Shown piece by piece: positions 19,309 to 29,220 of a stretch of DNA of 64,000 nt. The notes under the pieces were generated by a model that worked only from the letters and a program-made list of their open reading frames with translations, was not told the origin of the DNA and did not search any database. The DNA lies in NCBI GenBank assembly GCA_039794085.1, contig JBDIWC010000009.1:3095-67094 (forward strand), in the 5' to 3' direction. Position 1 is the stretch's first letter. Each line of letters starts with the position of its first letter. Source of the DNA: Gemmatimonadales bacterium. Its GTDB lineage: Bacteria; Gemmatimonadota; Gemmatimonadetes; Gemmatimonadales; GWC2-71-9. The position numbers and the translations under genes are program-made.

Positions 19309-19944
19309 ATGTCCTACGCCGTCAAGGAGATTTACTACACACTGCAAGGCGAGGGAGTCCAGGCGGGACGTCCGGCTGTCTTCTGCCGTTTCGCGGGGTG
19401 CAATCTCTGGTCAGGCCGGGAGGAGGACCGGGGCTCCGCCACGTGCCGTTTCTGCGACACGGATTTCGTCGGTCTGGATGGCCCGGGCGGGGGGCGCTTT
19501 CCCTCCGCCCGGGCGTTGGCTCGCGCGGTCCGGGAGGCCTGGGGCCCGGAAAGCCCCGTGGCCCCTCTCGTGGTCTGCACGGGAGGGGAACCGGGCCTGC
19601 AGTTGGACGATGGTCTGATCGAGGCGCTCCACGCGGAGGGGATGACCATTGCCGTGGAATCGAATGGGACGGTTCCTCTTCCGGCGAGCCTCGACTGGGT
19701 CTGCGTGAGCCCCAAGGCCGGCACCACACTGGTGGTCCAGTCGGGAGACGAGTTGAAGCTGGTGTACCCGCAGCCGGGACTCGACCCCGTCTCGCTGGAG
19801 CACCTCGATTTCCGCCATCGGCTTCTGCAGCCCATGGATGGGCCGCAGGTGGAGGAACACACCCGGAGCGCCGTGGCCTACTGCCTGGCCCATCCCCAGT
19901 GGCGGCTTTCCCTGCAGATGCATAAGATGCTCAACATTCCCTAG
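19309..19944 (+). CDS. queE: 7-carboxy-7-deazaguanine synthase (radical SAM, CX14CX2C variant)
   Basis: EIYYTLQGEG, RFAGCNLWSGREEDRGSATCRFCDT, CTGGEP, ESNG, VSPK, LSLQMHK. Confidence 0.95.
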   Translation: MSYAVKEIYYTLQGEGVQAGRPAVFCRFAGCNLWSGREEDRGSATCRFCDTDFVGLDGPGGGRFPSARALARAVREAWGPESPVAPLVVCTGGEPGLQLDDGLIEALHAEGMTIAVESNGTVPLPASLDWVCVSPKAGTTLVVQSGDELKLVYPQPGLDPVSLEHLDFRHRLLQPMDGPQVEEHTRSAVAYCLAHPQWRLSLQMHKMLNIP

Positions 19945-19955
19945 GGAGGTCACCC

Positions 19956-20573
19956 CTGTCCACACCAGCACCGTTTCGTGGGTATTCCGATCGAGTCAAC
20001 CACGCCTTCGCCTTCGCCGCGAAACACCGGCCCCCGTCGACGTCGCGGCTCTCCGGGTACGATGGTGCCGTCCGCACAGCCAACGTGGCCGTGATTCTGG
20101 CCGTGTACCGTGCCGATGAACCCACCCTCGTGGCAGCCATTCTGAAGCAGCTGGTGGAAACGCATGACAGCATCCACCGATCCGCACGACTGGGAGACAT
20201 AGCGGCCAAATTCGGCCCCGAGGTTCGCGACACCCTGGAGGGGGTGCTGGAACCTCCCTTGGACCTGCTGGGACGCCCCCGGTCCTGGAAGGCCCAGAAG
20301 CTCGACTACCTCGCCACCCTGTCCGGGGCCAGCCCCCGGTCCATCGACGTGGCCGCCGCCGAGGCCATCCACCATACCGGATGCCTCCTCGCGGATGCCC
20401 GTCGCCTGGGAATGGAGTATGTCCGCACCATCGCCGAGGTCAGCCCCTCGGAGGCCCTGTGGTGGTTCGAGGCACTGGCCGAGACGATCGGAGTGCATCC
20501 ACTCTGGTCCCGGCGCGAGATGGTCCACGAACTCCGCGATCTGCTTCGGTCCTTCCGCATCGCCCTGCGGTGA
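19956..20573 (+). CDS. Degenerate HD-domain protein (RelA/SpoT-hydrolase/Mesh1-like fold); probable CTG start
   Basis: Extending the 20085 ORF upstream in frame gives GYSDRVNHAFAFAAKH...ANVAVILA...DE.TLVAAILKQLVE...FGPEV, the HD_4 pattern with HD replaced by KQ. GGAGGT lies 5 nt before the in-frame CTG at 19956. Confidence 0.7.
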   Translation: MSTPAPFRGYSDRVNHAFAFAAKHRPPSTSRLSGYDGAVRTANVAVILAVYRADEPTLVAAILKQLVETHDSIHRSARLGDIAAKFGPEVRDTLEGVLEPPLDLLGRPRSWKAQKLDYLATLSGASPRSIDVAAAEAIHHTGCLLADARRLGMEYVRTIAEVSPSEALWWFEALAETIGVHPLWSRREMVHELRDLLRSFRIALR

Positions 20574-20640
20574 CAGGAACACCCCGTTTATAGGGGATGC
20601 TGTACCCGGTTCCGTTGTCGTGGTAGATTTCCCCCTTCCA

Positions 20641-21981
20641 ATGAGCACACCGGAACCCTCCTCTCTGCTAGGCGCCCTGCCTCCCGCTTTTGCCGCGGCC
20701 TGCCATCAGGCCCGGAGCGACGCCGAGCTCTTCCAGCGATGCCGTAACGTCCTGGCGGAACGGTTCGACACCCAATCCATTTGGTTCACCGTCACCACCC
20801 CCTCGGGCTCCCGCCAATTGACCGAAGGGCCGGCGGGGCTGGAGACCGCGGTGGAAGTGGCCCATTGTCGCAGCGGGGCCACGGAGCTCACGATCCACGC
20901 CGCCTCGGACCAGGCGGAGGCCATTCGCCGGGTCGCGGCTCCGCTGAGCCTGGGCCTGAGCATCGTTCTCGACCTGCACGGCGTGCTGCGGGAGCGGCAG
21001 GATGCGCTCGACGATGCCGTGTTCCAACTGAGGGCCCTGCGTCAGGTCGCACGTCTCCTCTCCTCCGCCCACTCCAAGGAGGACACCGAGCATCTGGTCC
21101 TCGACTTCATGGCCGAAGTCTTTTTCGCCTGGTGGGCCACTCTCTACCGCACCGACGGAACCGAGTACCGTCCGTTCCGCCAGCGCTCCCTGCAGGACAG
21201 CCCAACCCTCGCCCCGATTGGCCGCACCGCCTTCGATGATGCCCTTCCCATCGGGAGCGCCATTTCCGAACTGCGGGACGCCCGTCTCCGCGCGCTGGTG
21301 CCCGCGGAGACGGAACTCGTCGTCCCCCTTGATTCGGGAGGGGAACGACTGGCCCTCCTGCTGCTCGGGCCCCGCATGAACGGGAACCCGTACGGCCGCA
21401 GCGAGCGCGAGTTGGCGGGAACCCTGGCCTTCGCGGGTGCCATCGCGCTGAAGAATGCCGAGCTCGTGGAGCGTCTGCACAGCGCGGCCACGACGGATGA
21501 TCTCACCGGACTCCTGAACCGGCGCGCCATGGAGGAACGCCTCGAGGCGGAGATTTCCCGGAGCGCCCGGCATCAGATCCGCACCACGGTGGTTCTCTTC
21601 GACATTGACCGATTCAAGGTCATCAATGACACGATGGGGCATGCCGTGGGGGATCGTTTTCTGTTTCTTCTGGGCGAGGTCCTGCGGCACTGCATACGGG
21701 GATTGGATGTGGCGGGACGCCTGGGAGGAGACGAGTTTCTCGTCATCCTGCCCATGACGACGACGCATGAAGCCCGCACGTTGATTCGCCGCCTGCAGGA
21801 CGGCGTCGCGGCCCTGGCCCGGGACCATCCGGAGTACGGCCATCCCACGCTCAGCTTCGGCGTGGCCGAGACTCCCCGGCATGGCACGACCGTCGGGGAC
21901 CTGCTTCGCACCGCCGACACCGCGATGTATACCGCCAAGCGAGCCGGGCGGGACAGCATCCACGTGGCCGACGAATTCTGA
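20641..21981 (+). CDS. Sensor (GAF-like) diguanylate cyclase
   Basis: TDDLTGLLNRR, DIDRFKVINDTMGHAVGD, RGLD I-site, GGDEF, ADTAMY; GAF-like segment upstream; start ATG 20641. Confidence 0.9.
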   Translation: MSTPEPSSLLGALPPAFAAACHQARSDAELFQRCRNVLAERFDTQSIWFTVTTPSGSRQLTEGPAGLETAVEVAHCRSGATELTIHAASDQAEAIRRVAAPLSLGLSIVLDLHGVLRERQDALDDAVFQLRALRQVARLLSSAHSKEDTEHLVLDFMAEVFFAWWATLYRTDGTEYRPFRQRSLQDSPTLAPIGRTAFDDALPIGSAISELRDARLRALVPAETELVVPLDSGGERLALLLLGPRMNGNPYGRSERELAGTLAFAGAIALKNAELVERLHSAATTDDLTGLLNRRAMEERLEAEISRSARHQIRTTVVLFDIDRFKVINDTMGHAVGDRFLFLLGEVLRHCIRGLDVAGRLGGDEFLVILPMTTTHEARTLIRRLQDGVAALARDHPEYGHPTLSFGVAETPRHGTTVGDLLRTADTAMYTAKRAGRDSIHVADEF

Positions 21982-21995
21982 TCCCTCCCACGACC

Positions 21996-23741
21996 GTGTC
22001 GGCCACGGACTCCCCTCTGGCGGTATTCGATCGGGTCAACCACGCCCTGGGCCATCGCTTCGAGCTGGACCGACTGGTGGCCCTGTCTCCCGAACGGGCA
22101 CTCTTCCGAGCCCGGGACCGGATGCTGAAGCGCCCCGTCAGTCTTCGCGTGGTGCTTACCCCGGACTCGGCGTACCAGGATTGGTTCCGGCGGGAGGCCG
22201 AAGCCATGGCCCAACTCGACCATCCGGCGATTCGTCACCTCTATGACATCGGCCTGGTCGATGCCATGGCATTCCGGGTGGGAAACTGGATTGACGGCGA
22301 GGGATTCGCGGAGGCGGTGCGACGCGGCCCGCGACCGATCCCCACGGTCATCCGTCTGGCGCGGGACGTGCTCAGCGCCTTGGAACATGCCCACGCACGC
22401 GGTCTCCTGCTGCGACGCCTCGCTCCCGCGTCGTTGATCACCACCCCGGGCGGCGGCACCACTCTGATCGACATGCGGTACTCAAGCTATGTGCTGGCGC
22501 TGGGGACTCCTCCCGCCCCGGCGACCGACCCGGAATTCATGGCCCCCGAGATCCGCGAGGGCGACCTGGGAGATCAGGCGGCGGACATCTACGGTGCGGG
22601 GACCCTCCTCTACGTGGCCCTCACCGGGCAGGCACCGCCAGAGAGGGCGTCCGAGATCCCGGCTCCCTCGACCCTGCGTCCGTCGAGCCCCGAGATTTTC
22701 GATCGCCTGCTCGCACGCGCCCTGCACCCCGAACCGGGGGAGCGATTCCTCACCGCCTCGGAGATGCTGGAGGCCCTCGCCTCCGACGCAGGCACGTTCG
22801 AGACTCCGCAACTGCTGGTCACCCAGGCTCCCCTCCCGGGTTCCGAACATCCCCTCCACTGGGAGAAACGGCTCCGCCGGGCCCTGGGCGACGACTACGA
22901 ACTGTTGAAGGAACTCGGGGCGGGTGCCTTCGGGAGGGTCTACCAGGTGCGGGATCTCCACCTGGAACGGGACGTCGCCATGAAGGTGCTCAATCCGGTC
23001 CTGACCCAGGACCCCGCCGTGGTGGAGCGGTTCCGCCGGGAGGCGCAACTGGCGGCACGACTCAATCATCCCCACATCGTGGACATCTATGACATCGGAG
23101 GCCGCGGCGGCCTCATCTGGTATACGATGGAGCTCGTCTCAGGACCCAGCCTGGCCTGGTTGGTGGAAACCCGGGGACCCCTGCCCCTCGAGGAGGTGGT
23201 TCGCTTCCTTCGGGAAGGTTTGAGCGCCCTGGCTCACGCGCACGCAGCCGGCCTGATCCATCGCGACATCAAGCCCGAGAATCTGCTCATCGAGTCGGGG
23301 GGCAGCGTGCGCATCACCGATTTCGGCCTCGCCATCGCCTTGCGGGGTCAGGGCCGGTTCGGCGGCGCCACCAGCCAAAGCGGCACGCCCCAGTTTGCGA
23401 GCCCCGAGCAACTGCTCGGAGAGCATGTGGACCCCCGAACCGACCTGTACAGCCTCGCCGCCGTCGCGTACTTCGCACTCCTCGGAGAGCCCCCCTTCCG
23501 AGGCCGAACCCCGGAGGAAATCCTGGCCCACCAGACGACCGACCGGATCCAGGTCCTGCGGAACACCCGCCCGGATGTGCCCAAGACGGTCGAGCAGGTC
23601 CTGCGGCGGGCATTGGCCTCGAACCCCGACGCCCGCTATGCCTCTGCCAGTGAATTCATGAGCGCGCTCGCCTCTGCCGCCCGGGAGGGGGCGGACGCGA
23701 CCGGGACCGAGCCCTGGTCCCAGCGATGGCTCCGGACCTGA
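21996..23741 (+). CDS. Tandem pseudokinase + Hanks-type Ser/Thr protein kinase, cytoplasmic
   Basis: Domain 2 has [25 protein letters not shown]. Domain 1 has the same fold with these motifs degenerate. No transmembrane segment. Confidence 0.9.
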   Translation: MSATDSPLAVFDRVNHALGHRFELDRLVALSPERALFRARDRMLKRPVSLRVVLTPDSAYQDWFRREAEAMAQLDHPAIRHLYDIGLVDAMAFRVGNWIDGEGFAEAVRRGPRPIPTVIRLARDVLSALEHAHARGLLLRRLAPASLITTPGGGTTLIDMRYSSYVLALGTPPAPATDPEFMAPEIREGDLGDQAADIYGAGTLLYVALTGQAPPERASEIPAPSTLRPSSPEIFDRLLARALHPEPGERFLTASEMLEALASDAGTFETPQLLVTQAPLPGSEHPLHWEKRLRRALGDDYELLKELGAGAFGRVYQVRDLHLERDVAMKVLNPVLTQDPAVVERFRREAQLAARLNHPHIVDIYDIGGRGGLIWYTMELVSGPSLAWLVETRGPLPLEEVVRFLREGLSALAHAHAAGLIHRDIKPENLLIESGGSVRITDFGLAIALRGQGRFGGATSQSGTPQFASPEQLLGEHVDPRTDLYSLAAVAYFALLGEPPFRGRTPEEILAHQTTDRIQVLRNTRPDVPKTVEQVLRRALASNPDARYASASEFMSALASAAREGADATGTEPWSQRWLRT

Positions 23742-23805
23742 GACTCCTCCCCCGAGCGGAGCAGGTCCGGGGCCGCACCGCTGCCGGGAGAAAGCGTTTT
23801 CCATC

Positions 23806-23834
23806 TTGACATCCGGGGCCCCGATTCCCATCTT
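23806..23834 (+). promoter_or_regulatory. Sigma-70 promoter of the csp gene (about 160-nt 5' UTR)
   Basis: TTGACA(23806)-N17-CATCTT(23829). Confidence 0.6.
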
Positions 23835-23999
23835 GAACACGCTACCCGGCACATCCGAGCGACCCGGCATCCTCCGCCATCTCTGGCAGGGTGCGCCCCG
23901 CGCGGAATCGGGTTTCGGGTACGGGACAGGCCCGTGCTCACATGTCGGTGGCGACCCGTGGGGCCGTCCCGGCGGAGGCATCCAACAGGAGTTTGAGGA

Positions 24000-24218
24000 A
24001 TGGCTCGCATGATCGGCACGGTCAAGTGGTTCAACGACGCGAAGGGATTCGGCTTCATCACCCCTGAGAACGGCGAGAAGGACTGCTTCGTTCACCACTC
24101 TGCCATCCAGATGGACGGGTTCCGCAGCCTTGCCGAAGGCGACAGGGTTGAATTCGACCTGGTGCAGGGGGCCAAGGGCCCTGCCGCGGAAAATGTGATG
24201 CGGGCCACTCAATCCTGA
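24000..24218 (+). CDS. Cold-shock protein (CspA family)
   Basis: [15 protein letters not shown] (RNP1), FVHHSAI (RNP2), KGPAAENV. Confidence 0.97.
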   Translation: MARMIGTVKWFNDAKGFGFITPENGEKDCFVHHSAIQMDGFRSLAEGDRVEFDLVQGAKGPAAENVMRATQS

Positions 24219-24231
24219 GCTGCCCCCCCCC

Positions 24232-24281
24232 CCTTTGGCGCAGCAAGGGCCGTCGGGAGACGGCCCTTGCTGCGCCAAAGG
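24232..24281. terminator. Bidirectional hairpin between convergent csp and infA
   Basis: Perfect 23-bp stem CCTTTGGCGCAGCAAGGGCCGTC / GACGGCCCTTGCTGCGCCAAAGG with a GGGA loop. Confidence 0.75.
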
Positions 24282-24317
24282 CGGTGAAACAGTGGCCCGG
24301 TGACCGGGGGGGGGGGG

Positions 24318-24536
24318 TTACTTGTGTCGGTAGATGACCCGCCCGCGGGTCAGATCGTAGGGTGACAGCACCACGCTGACCCGGTCCCCTTCCAGGACGC
24401 GAATCTTGAACTTGCTCATCTTGCCGGCCGCATATGCCAGGATCGTGTGGCCATTGTCGAGGAGCACCCGATAGTTTCGGTCGGGCAGGGCCTCCTGGAC
24501 GACCCCTTCCATTTCGATCCCTTCTTCCTTCGCCAT
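24318..24536 (-). CDS. infA: Translation initiation factor IF-1
   Basis: [17 protein letters not shown]...LDNGH...GKM...IRVLEGDRV...[13 protein letters not shown]; SD GGAGG before ATG 24536. Confidence 0.97.
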   Translation of the reverse strand: MAKEEGIEMEGVVQEALPDRNYRVLLDNGHTILAYAAGKMSKFKIRVLEGDRVSVVLSPYDLTRGRVIYRHK

Positions 24537-24620
24537 CCAAGTCCTCCGTGGGGTAGAGACGGGTCCGCTCTGGGCGGGTTCCAACCCTCAATCTCGCGCC
24601 ATCCGGCGGCGCTGGCAACC

Positions 24621-26336
24621 TCACTCCCCGCCAAGTTCCTCGCGCCACCGGTCCAGAACGGTCTCCACCTCCGCCATGAGACGGGCCAGGCTGGCCTGAT
24701 CGAAGACGAAGGACGCCCCCGCTGCCCGGTAGAGGTCCGGGAGAGGGCGGGTGGCCCCAAGTTCCAGGAAGGCCCGATATTGCTGCAGGGCACCCCGGGG
24801 GTCGGTGAGGCTGTTCTGCCACACCTGCAGGGCACCGATCTGGGCAAACCCATACTCGATGTAGTAGAACGGATAGAGGAAGATGTGGAGTTGGCGATGC
24901 CACCGCGTGGCCCGGACATCTTCCAGTCCGCTCCAGTCGATCCCCGGATCGAATCGGTCCCGCAACACGCTCCACATGCGGTCGCGTTGGGTGGCGTCCC
25001 CCCCCGCCGGGTCGGTATAGAGCCAGTGCTGGAAGGCGTCCACCGAGGCGATGTGGGCCAAGGCAAACACGACACCCTCGAGATGCTCCACCCGTGCCAC
25101 CCGGGCCTCCTCTTCGGTCAGGTACCCCTCCGGCGGACCCAGATACCGGGACGCGAGAAGTTCCATGGACATCGAGGCCAACTCCGCTCCCTCTGCGCCG
25201 GGCTGTCTCTGCCAGAGAACGGGATGGTGCGCAGCGGCGAAGGCATGGAAGGCGTGGCCCGCCTCGTGGAGGAGGGTCATGACATCTCCCATGACTCCCG
25301 CGGCATTCATGAAAATGAAGGGTTGCCCGCGCACATGAAAGGTGTCGCAGTATCCCCCCGGCGCCTTTCCCGTCCGGCTCTCCAGATCCAGGAGACCCTC
25401 CACCCGCATCCGGTGGAACTGGGCTCCCAGCACCGGATCGAGCCGGTCAAAGATCCGTGAGGCAATCCGCGGAAAGTCCTCCGGATCGGTCCAGGGACGG
25501 AGGGGGGTTGTCCGCCAGGGACTGACGGCCAGATCCCACGGCCGGAGTGTCGGCACTCCCAGGCGTTCCCGGCGGATGGTGCGCAACCGCCGGACCACCG
25601 GGACGACGGTCGCCGCCACCGCCTCGTGAAACGCCTCACAATCGGCCGGGGTATAGTCGAACCGGGCCTTGGCCGGGAAGACATAATCCCGGAAGGAAGG
25701 GAATCCCGAGTTTCCGGCCACGCGTTGTCGCCGATCCCGCATCCGGTCGAAGAGATCGTGCAGTTCCACCGCCGCGTGACGATAGGGCTCGATGGACGCA
25801 CGCCAGGCCGCTTCCCGGCGGGAACGATCCCTCTCTTCCAGCACGGGGGCCAGGCGCGGAATGGGGATCTGGTTCCCCTCCCATTCGGCCATCATCCCCC
25901 CCGTGATGCGCTGGTACTCGGTGGAGAGGGCCTCCAGTTCGGTGAGGAGGGGAACATTCTCCTCCCGAAAGATGTCGATCGTCGCCCGGAACCGGGCCAG
26001 AGGCTGCTCCAGTGCGGGATCGTCCAGCCGGGCCGCCACGGCACGACGTGCCAGTGAGATCCCCCTCTCCTCAGCCCGGGGGAGAATGTCGATGGAGAAT
26101 CGGCGATGCGCGGCCTCCGCCTCCCGATCGGTGGTCGCACAGGTATAGGCAATCATGGCCCGGGAGGCCGCCTCGTGCAGGAGCGCCTCGAAGTGGGACC
26201 AGGTCCGAAGCCACCGCATCGGATCGGGGTCCAAAGGAAGCGCTTCGAGTTGATCGTACCAGGCACTCGCCTCCTCCCAGGTCAGGTCGGCGAAGGCGCG
26301 GGCGTCGTCAGGCAGGGGCAGGAGGAGCGTGGTCAT
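24621..26336 (-). CDS. M3 family oligoendopeptidase
   Basis: RFDYTP, PWD, GKAPGGYC, HEAGH zinc motif, ELASMSME, HIFLYPFYYIEY. Confidence 0.92.
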   Translation of the reverse strand: MTTLLLPLPDDARAFADLTWEEASAWYDQLEALPLDPDPMRWLRTWSHFEALLHEAASRAMIAYTCATTDREAEAAHRRFSIDILPRAEERGISLARRAVAARLDDPALEQPLARFRATIDIFREENVPLLTELEALSTEYQRITGGMMAEWEGNQIPIPRLAPVLEERDRSRREAAWRASIEPYRHAAVELHDLFDRMRDRRQRVAGNSGFPSFRDYVFPAKARFDYTPADCEAFHEAVAATVVPVVRRLRTIRRERLGVPTLRPWDLAVSPWRTTPLRPWTDPEDFPRIASRIFDRLDPVLGAQFHRMRVEGLLDLESRTGKAPGGYCDTFHVRGQPFIFMNAAGVMGDVMTLLHEAGHAFHAFAAAHHPVLWQRQPGAEGAELASMSMELLASRYLGPPEGYLTEEEARVARVEHLEGVVFALAHIASVDAFQHWLYTDPAGGDATQRDRMWSVLRDRFDPGIDWSGLEDVRATRWHRQLHIFLYPFYYIEYGFAQIGALQVWQNSLTDPRGALQQYRAFLELGATRPLPDLYRAAGASFVFDQASLARLMAEVETVLDRWREELGGE

Positions 26337-27556
26337 GCCTCACCGGTGGTCGGAACCAGGACGGGAACGATACGGAAGGCGAGCACGCCGACGAAGGCGA
26401 CGATCACGCCCGCCACGAAGAACGGCATCGGGGGACCGAATCGCTGAAAGGCCGCCGTGGCGATCAGGGGAGCCACCACGCGGGAAAGGCCCGAGTAGGT
26501 TTGCGCCACTCCCATGGTGGTGCCGAGTTCCCCCGGATCGGACGCATGCGACATCAAGGCGGTGGTCGCGGGAAAGAGCAACGCCGTCCCGATCGGCACC
26601 AGCGGGATGATCAGCGCCAGGGCCCAGAGCGACTCGGCCACCGGGTAGAGCACCAGACCCGCCGTGAGGAGTACCGTTCCCGACCGCATGGCCCCGACTT
26701 CCCCGAAGCGCCGGACGAAGGGTCCCAGCACGAGGGACCTCATGACCAGGGACAGTCCACCGACATAGAGGAAAAAGTACCCGATGGTCCGCTCTGTAAT
26801 TCCGAACCTGACTCCGAGATAGAGGGACAGGATGGACGTCATGGAGGCGAATCCGAGCATGCCGGCCGCGTAGACCCAGACCAGTTGAGGAACGCGATCC
26901 CCGGGACGGGTGAGCACAGTCCACGCCGCATGCCATACCGGCCGTCGGGTGACGGCCATCGCATGGGTCCCCCGCGATTCGGGGAGCCAGCGCCAGGCGA
27001 ACCAGACATTGGTCAGATTGAGCCCGGCGGCCACCAGTCCAGGAGCCGCTTGCCCCCAATGGGCGGCGAACGACCCGATGACGGGGCCGAGCATGACCCC
27101 CAGCGAGGTCGAGGCGGACAACCACCCCAGCGCCTTGGCCCGGTCCGCGGGTTCGATCGTGTCGGCCACGTAGGCCTGGGCCACACCGGTGGTCCCTCCC
27201 CCTGCCCCCTGAATCACCCGGGACACCAGGAGCAACCAGACCGAATCGGCGAACCCGAAGACGACATAGGCGACCGCTGCGGCCGACAATCCGATCATCA
27301 GCGCCGGGCGTCGGCCGTAGCGATCCGACACCCTCCCCCAGACCGGCGCGAAGAGAAGTTGAGCCACGGAAAAGGAGGCGATGATGATCCCGATCTCGAC
27401 GGGGGTCGCCTTCAACTCCAGGGCGTAGTACGGGAGGAGGGGCAGAATCATCCCGAATCCGATCATGTCCACGCAGGTGGTGGTCATGAGGATGGTGAGG
27501 CGCCGGAACTGATCGCGGCCATTTTCCCCGCGGGGGGGGACAGACGTGCCGGTCAT
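26333..27556 (-). CDS. MFS transporter (DHA1/TetA-like)
   Basis: DMIGFGMILPLLP, motif A GRVSDRYGRRP, about 12 hydrophobic segments. Confidence 0.92.
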   Translation of the reverse strand: MTGTSVPPRGENGRDQFRRLTILMTTTCVDMIGFGMILPLLPYYALELKATPVEIGIIIASFSVAQLLFAPVWGRVSDRYGRRPALMIGLSAAAVAYVVFGFADSVWLLLVSRVIQGAGGGTTGVAQAYVADTIEPADRAKALGWLSASTSLGVMLGPVIGSFAAHWGQAAPGLVAAGLNLTNVWFAWRWLPESRGTHAMAVTRRPVWHAAWTVLTRPGDRVPQLVWVYAAGMLGFASMTSILSLYLGVRFGITERTIGYFFLYVGGLSLVMRSLVLGPFVRRFGEVGAMRSGTVLLTAGLVLYPVAESLWALALIIPLVPIGTALLFPATTALMSHASDPGELGTTMGVAQTYSGLSRVVAPLIATAAFQRFGPPMPFFVAGVIVAFVGVLAFRIVPVLVPTTGEA

Positions 27557-29220
27557 CCATTCACCCGGCGCCCGTCACCCGCCAGAAAGAAGACGAGACC
27601 ACTGGCCCCCATGAGCACCACCCCGTAGGCGGCCGCCACTCCCACGTCCGATTGCCTCAGGCTACCGAGAATTTCCATCGAGATGGGCCGGCTTCCGAAG
27701 GTGTACAGAATGATCGAGGTCACGAAGTCCCCCAGGGCGGTGACGAAGGCGAGGGCGGCGCCCGCGGCCAGGGCGGGACGGAGCTGGGGGAGGGTGATGC
27801 GGACCAGCGTCCGGATCCTCCCTGCGCCCAGGGTGGCCGCCGCCTCGGCGAGAGAGGGATCGAGCTGACGGAACCCGGCGAGCAATGACCGCCCGGTAAT
27901 CGGCAGATTGCGAACCAGGTAGGCCAGCGGCAGGATCCACACGGTACCCACGAGGACGAGGCGTCCCGCCTCCGGGGCATGCACGCTGAAGGCCGTGGCC
28001 AGGGCGATGGCGAAGACCGTGCCCGGCACCGCCCAGGGGAGGGCCAGGATCCCCTCCAGCATTCCCGCGGCGCGCACCCGCCGGCGCACCACGAGGGCCG
28101 CCGCCGCGAGGGCCAGGAGCACGGCACCGAGAGTCGACACCGTGGCCATCCAGAGGCTCGTCACCATGGGGCGCAGTCGCTCGGGGTCCGCGGCCAGCGC
28201 CACGTAGTTCTGACTCGTGTACACGGGAGGCAAAGCCTGAACCGTCCAGGTTCCCCGGGGGACAAACGACACCAGCAGCAGCGTCAGATGGGGCAACAGC
28301 ATCGCCAGGGTCACGACACCCGTGAGAACGGGGAGCAGCGCGCGAACTCCCCGGTGTCGCACGGTTCGCGGCGCGGGCGGCACCCCCTTCCCCGTTCCAC
28401 GTCCGTGCCCTTGGCCCTCAGCCCTCCGGAAGAGGAGCAGGGCCACCAGGGCCACCACGGTGAGGGCGAGGGTCTCGACCATGGCGAGGCGGACATCGCC
28501 GTTCAGGCGTGTCGCCACGATCTGGGTGGTCATCACCTTGAACCCACCACCGAAGATATAGGGCGCGCTGAACGAGGCGAGGGAGGTCATGAAGGTGAGG
28601 AGTGCCGCTCCCAGCAACGTGGGCCGGAGAAGGGGTATCTGCACCTTCCACCAGGTGCGCCACCGCCGCGCCCCCAGACTGGCCGCAGCCTCCAGCACGG
28701 ACGCGTCCATCGACAGGAGACTCGCCCGGGTGAAGAGATAGAAGTACACATACATGGAATAGGCATGAACCAGCAGGACCGCCCCCGCTCCCTCCAGACG
28801 CCAGGGAGCCTCCTGGACGCGGAACAGAGCCCTCACAACGTGGGCGATGAACCCGCTTTCCCCGTAGAGGAACAGAAACGCCACGACCCCGACCAGGGGT
28901 GGGAGGACCGCGGGGAGGGCCAGGAGTGCCGAAAAGAGGCGTCGGCCGGGGAAGGCGAACCGGGTCACCAGGAAGGCCAGGGGAACTCCGATCCCGGCCG
29001 CGGCCACCACGCTGGCCACGGAAAGCCAGAGGCTCGCCCACAGCGCCCGCCACTCGGTCGGCTCCACCACGAACCGGTGGAGGGCCTCGGCGGACCATCC
29101 ATTGCCGTCGCGGATGCCCTCGATCAGAACCAGCACGATCGGGTACACCACCAACCAGGCGAGAAAGACCAGGAGCCCCCATCCCAGCCACTCCGCCCGG
29201 CGACGACGGCGATCAGGCAT
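27553..29220 (-). CDS. ABC transporter permease (FbpB/ThiP-like, duplicated)
   Basis: Two EAA loops (LEAAASLGA, AEAAATLGA); start reassigned to ATG 29220. Confidence 0.9.
   Translation of the reverse strand: MPDRRRRRAEWLGWGLLVFLAWLVVYPIVLVLIEGIRDGNGWSAEALHRFVVEPTEWRALWASLWLSVASVVAAAGIGVPLAFLVTRFAFPGRRLFSALLALPAVLPPLVGVVAFLFLYGESGFIAHVVRALFRVQEAPWRLEGAGAVLLVHAYSMYVYFYLFTRASLLSMDASVLEAAASLGARRWRTWWKVQIPLLRPTLLGAALLTFMTSLASFSAPYIFGGGFKVMTTQIVATRLNGDVRLAMVETLALTVVALVALLLFRRAEGQGHGRGTGKGVPPAPRTVRHRGVRALLPVLTGVVTLAMLLPHLTLLLVSFVPRGTWTVQALPPVYTSQNYVALAADPERLRPMVTSLWMATVSTLGAVLLALAAAALVVRRRVRAAGMLEGILALPWAVPGTVFAIALATAFSVHAPEAGRLVLVGTVWILPLAYLVRNLPITGRSLLAGFRQLDPSLAEAAATLGAGRIRTLVRITLPQLRPALAAGAALAFVTALGDFVTSIILYTFGSRPISMEILGSLRQSDVGVAAAYGVVLMGASGLVFFLAGDGRRVNG

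Noticed and set aside
12910-19944. que genes as a 7-deazaguanine DNA-modification (dpd) defence island, or a preQ1 riboswitch
   Set aside because: No dpdA/tgt-like, helicase or nuclease genes are nearby and no riboswitch-like leader was seen. The genes fit ordinary queuosine synthesis, with queD presumably elsewhere.
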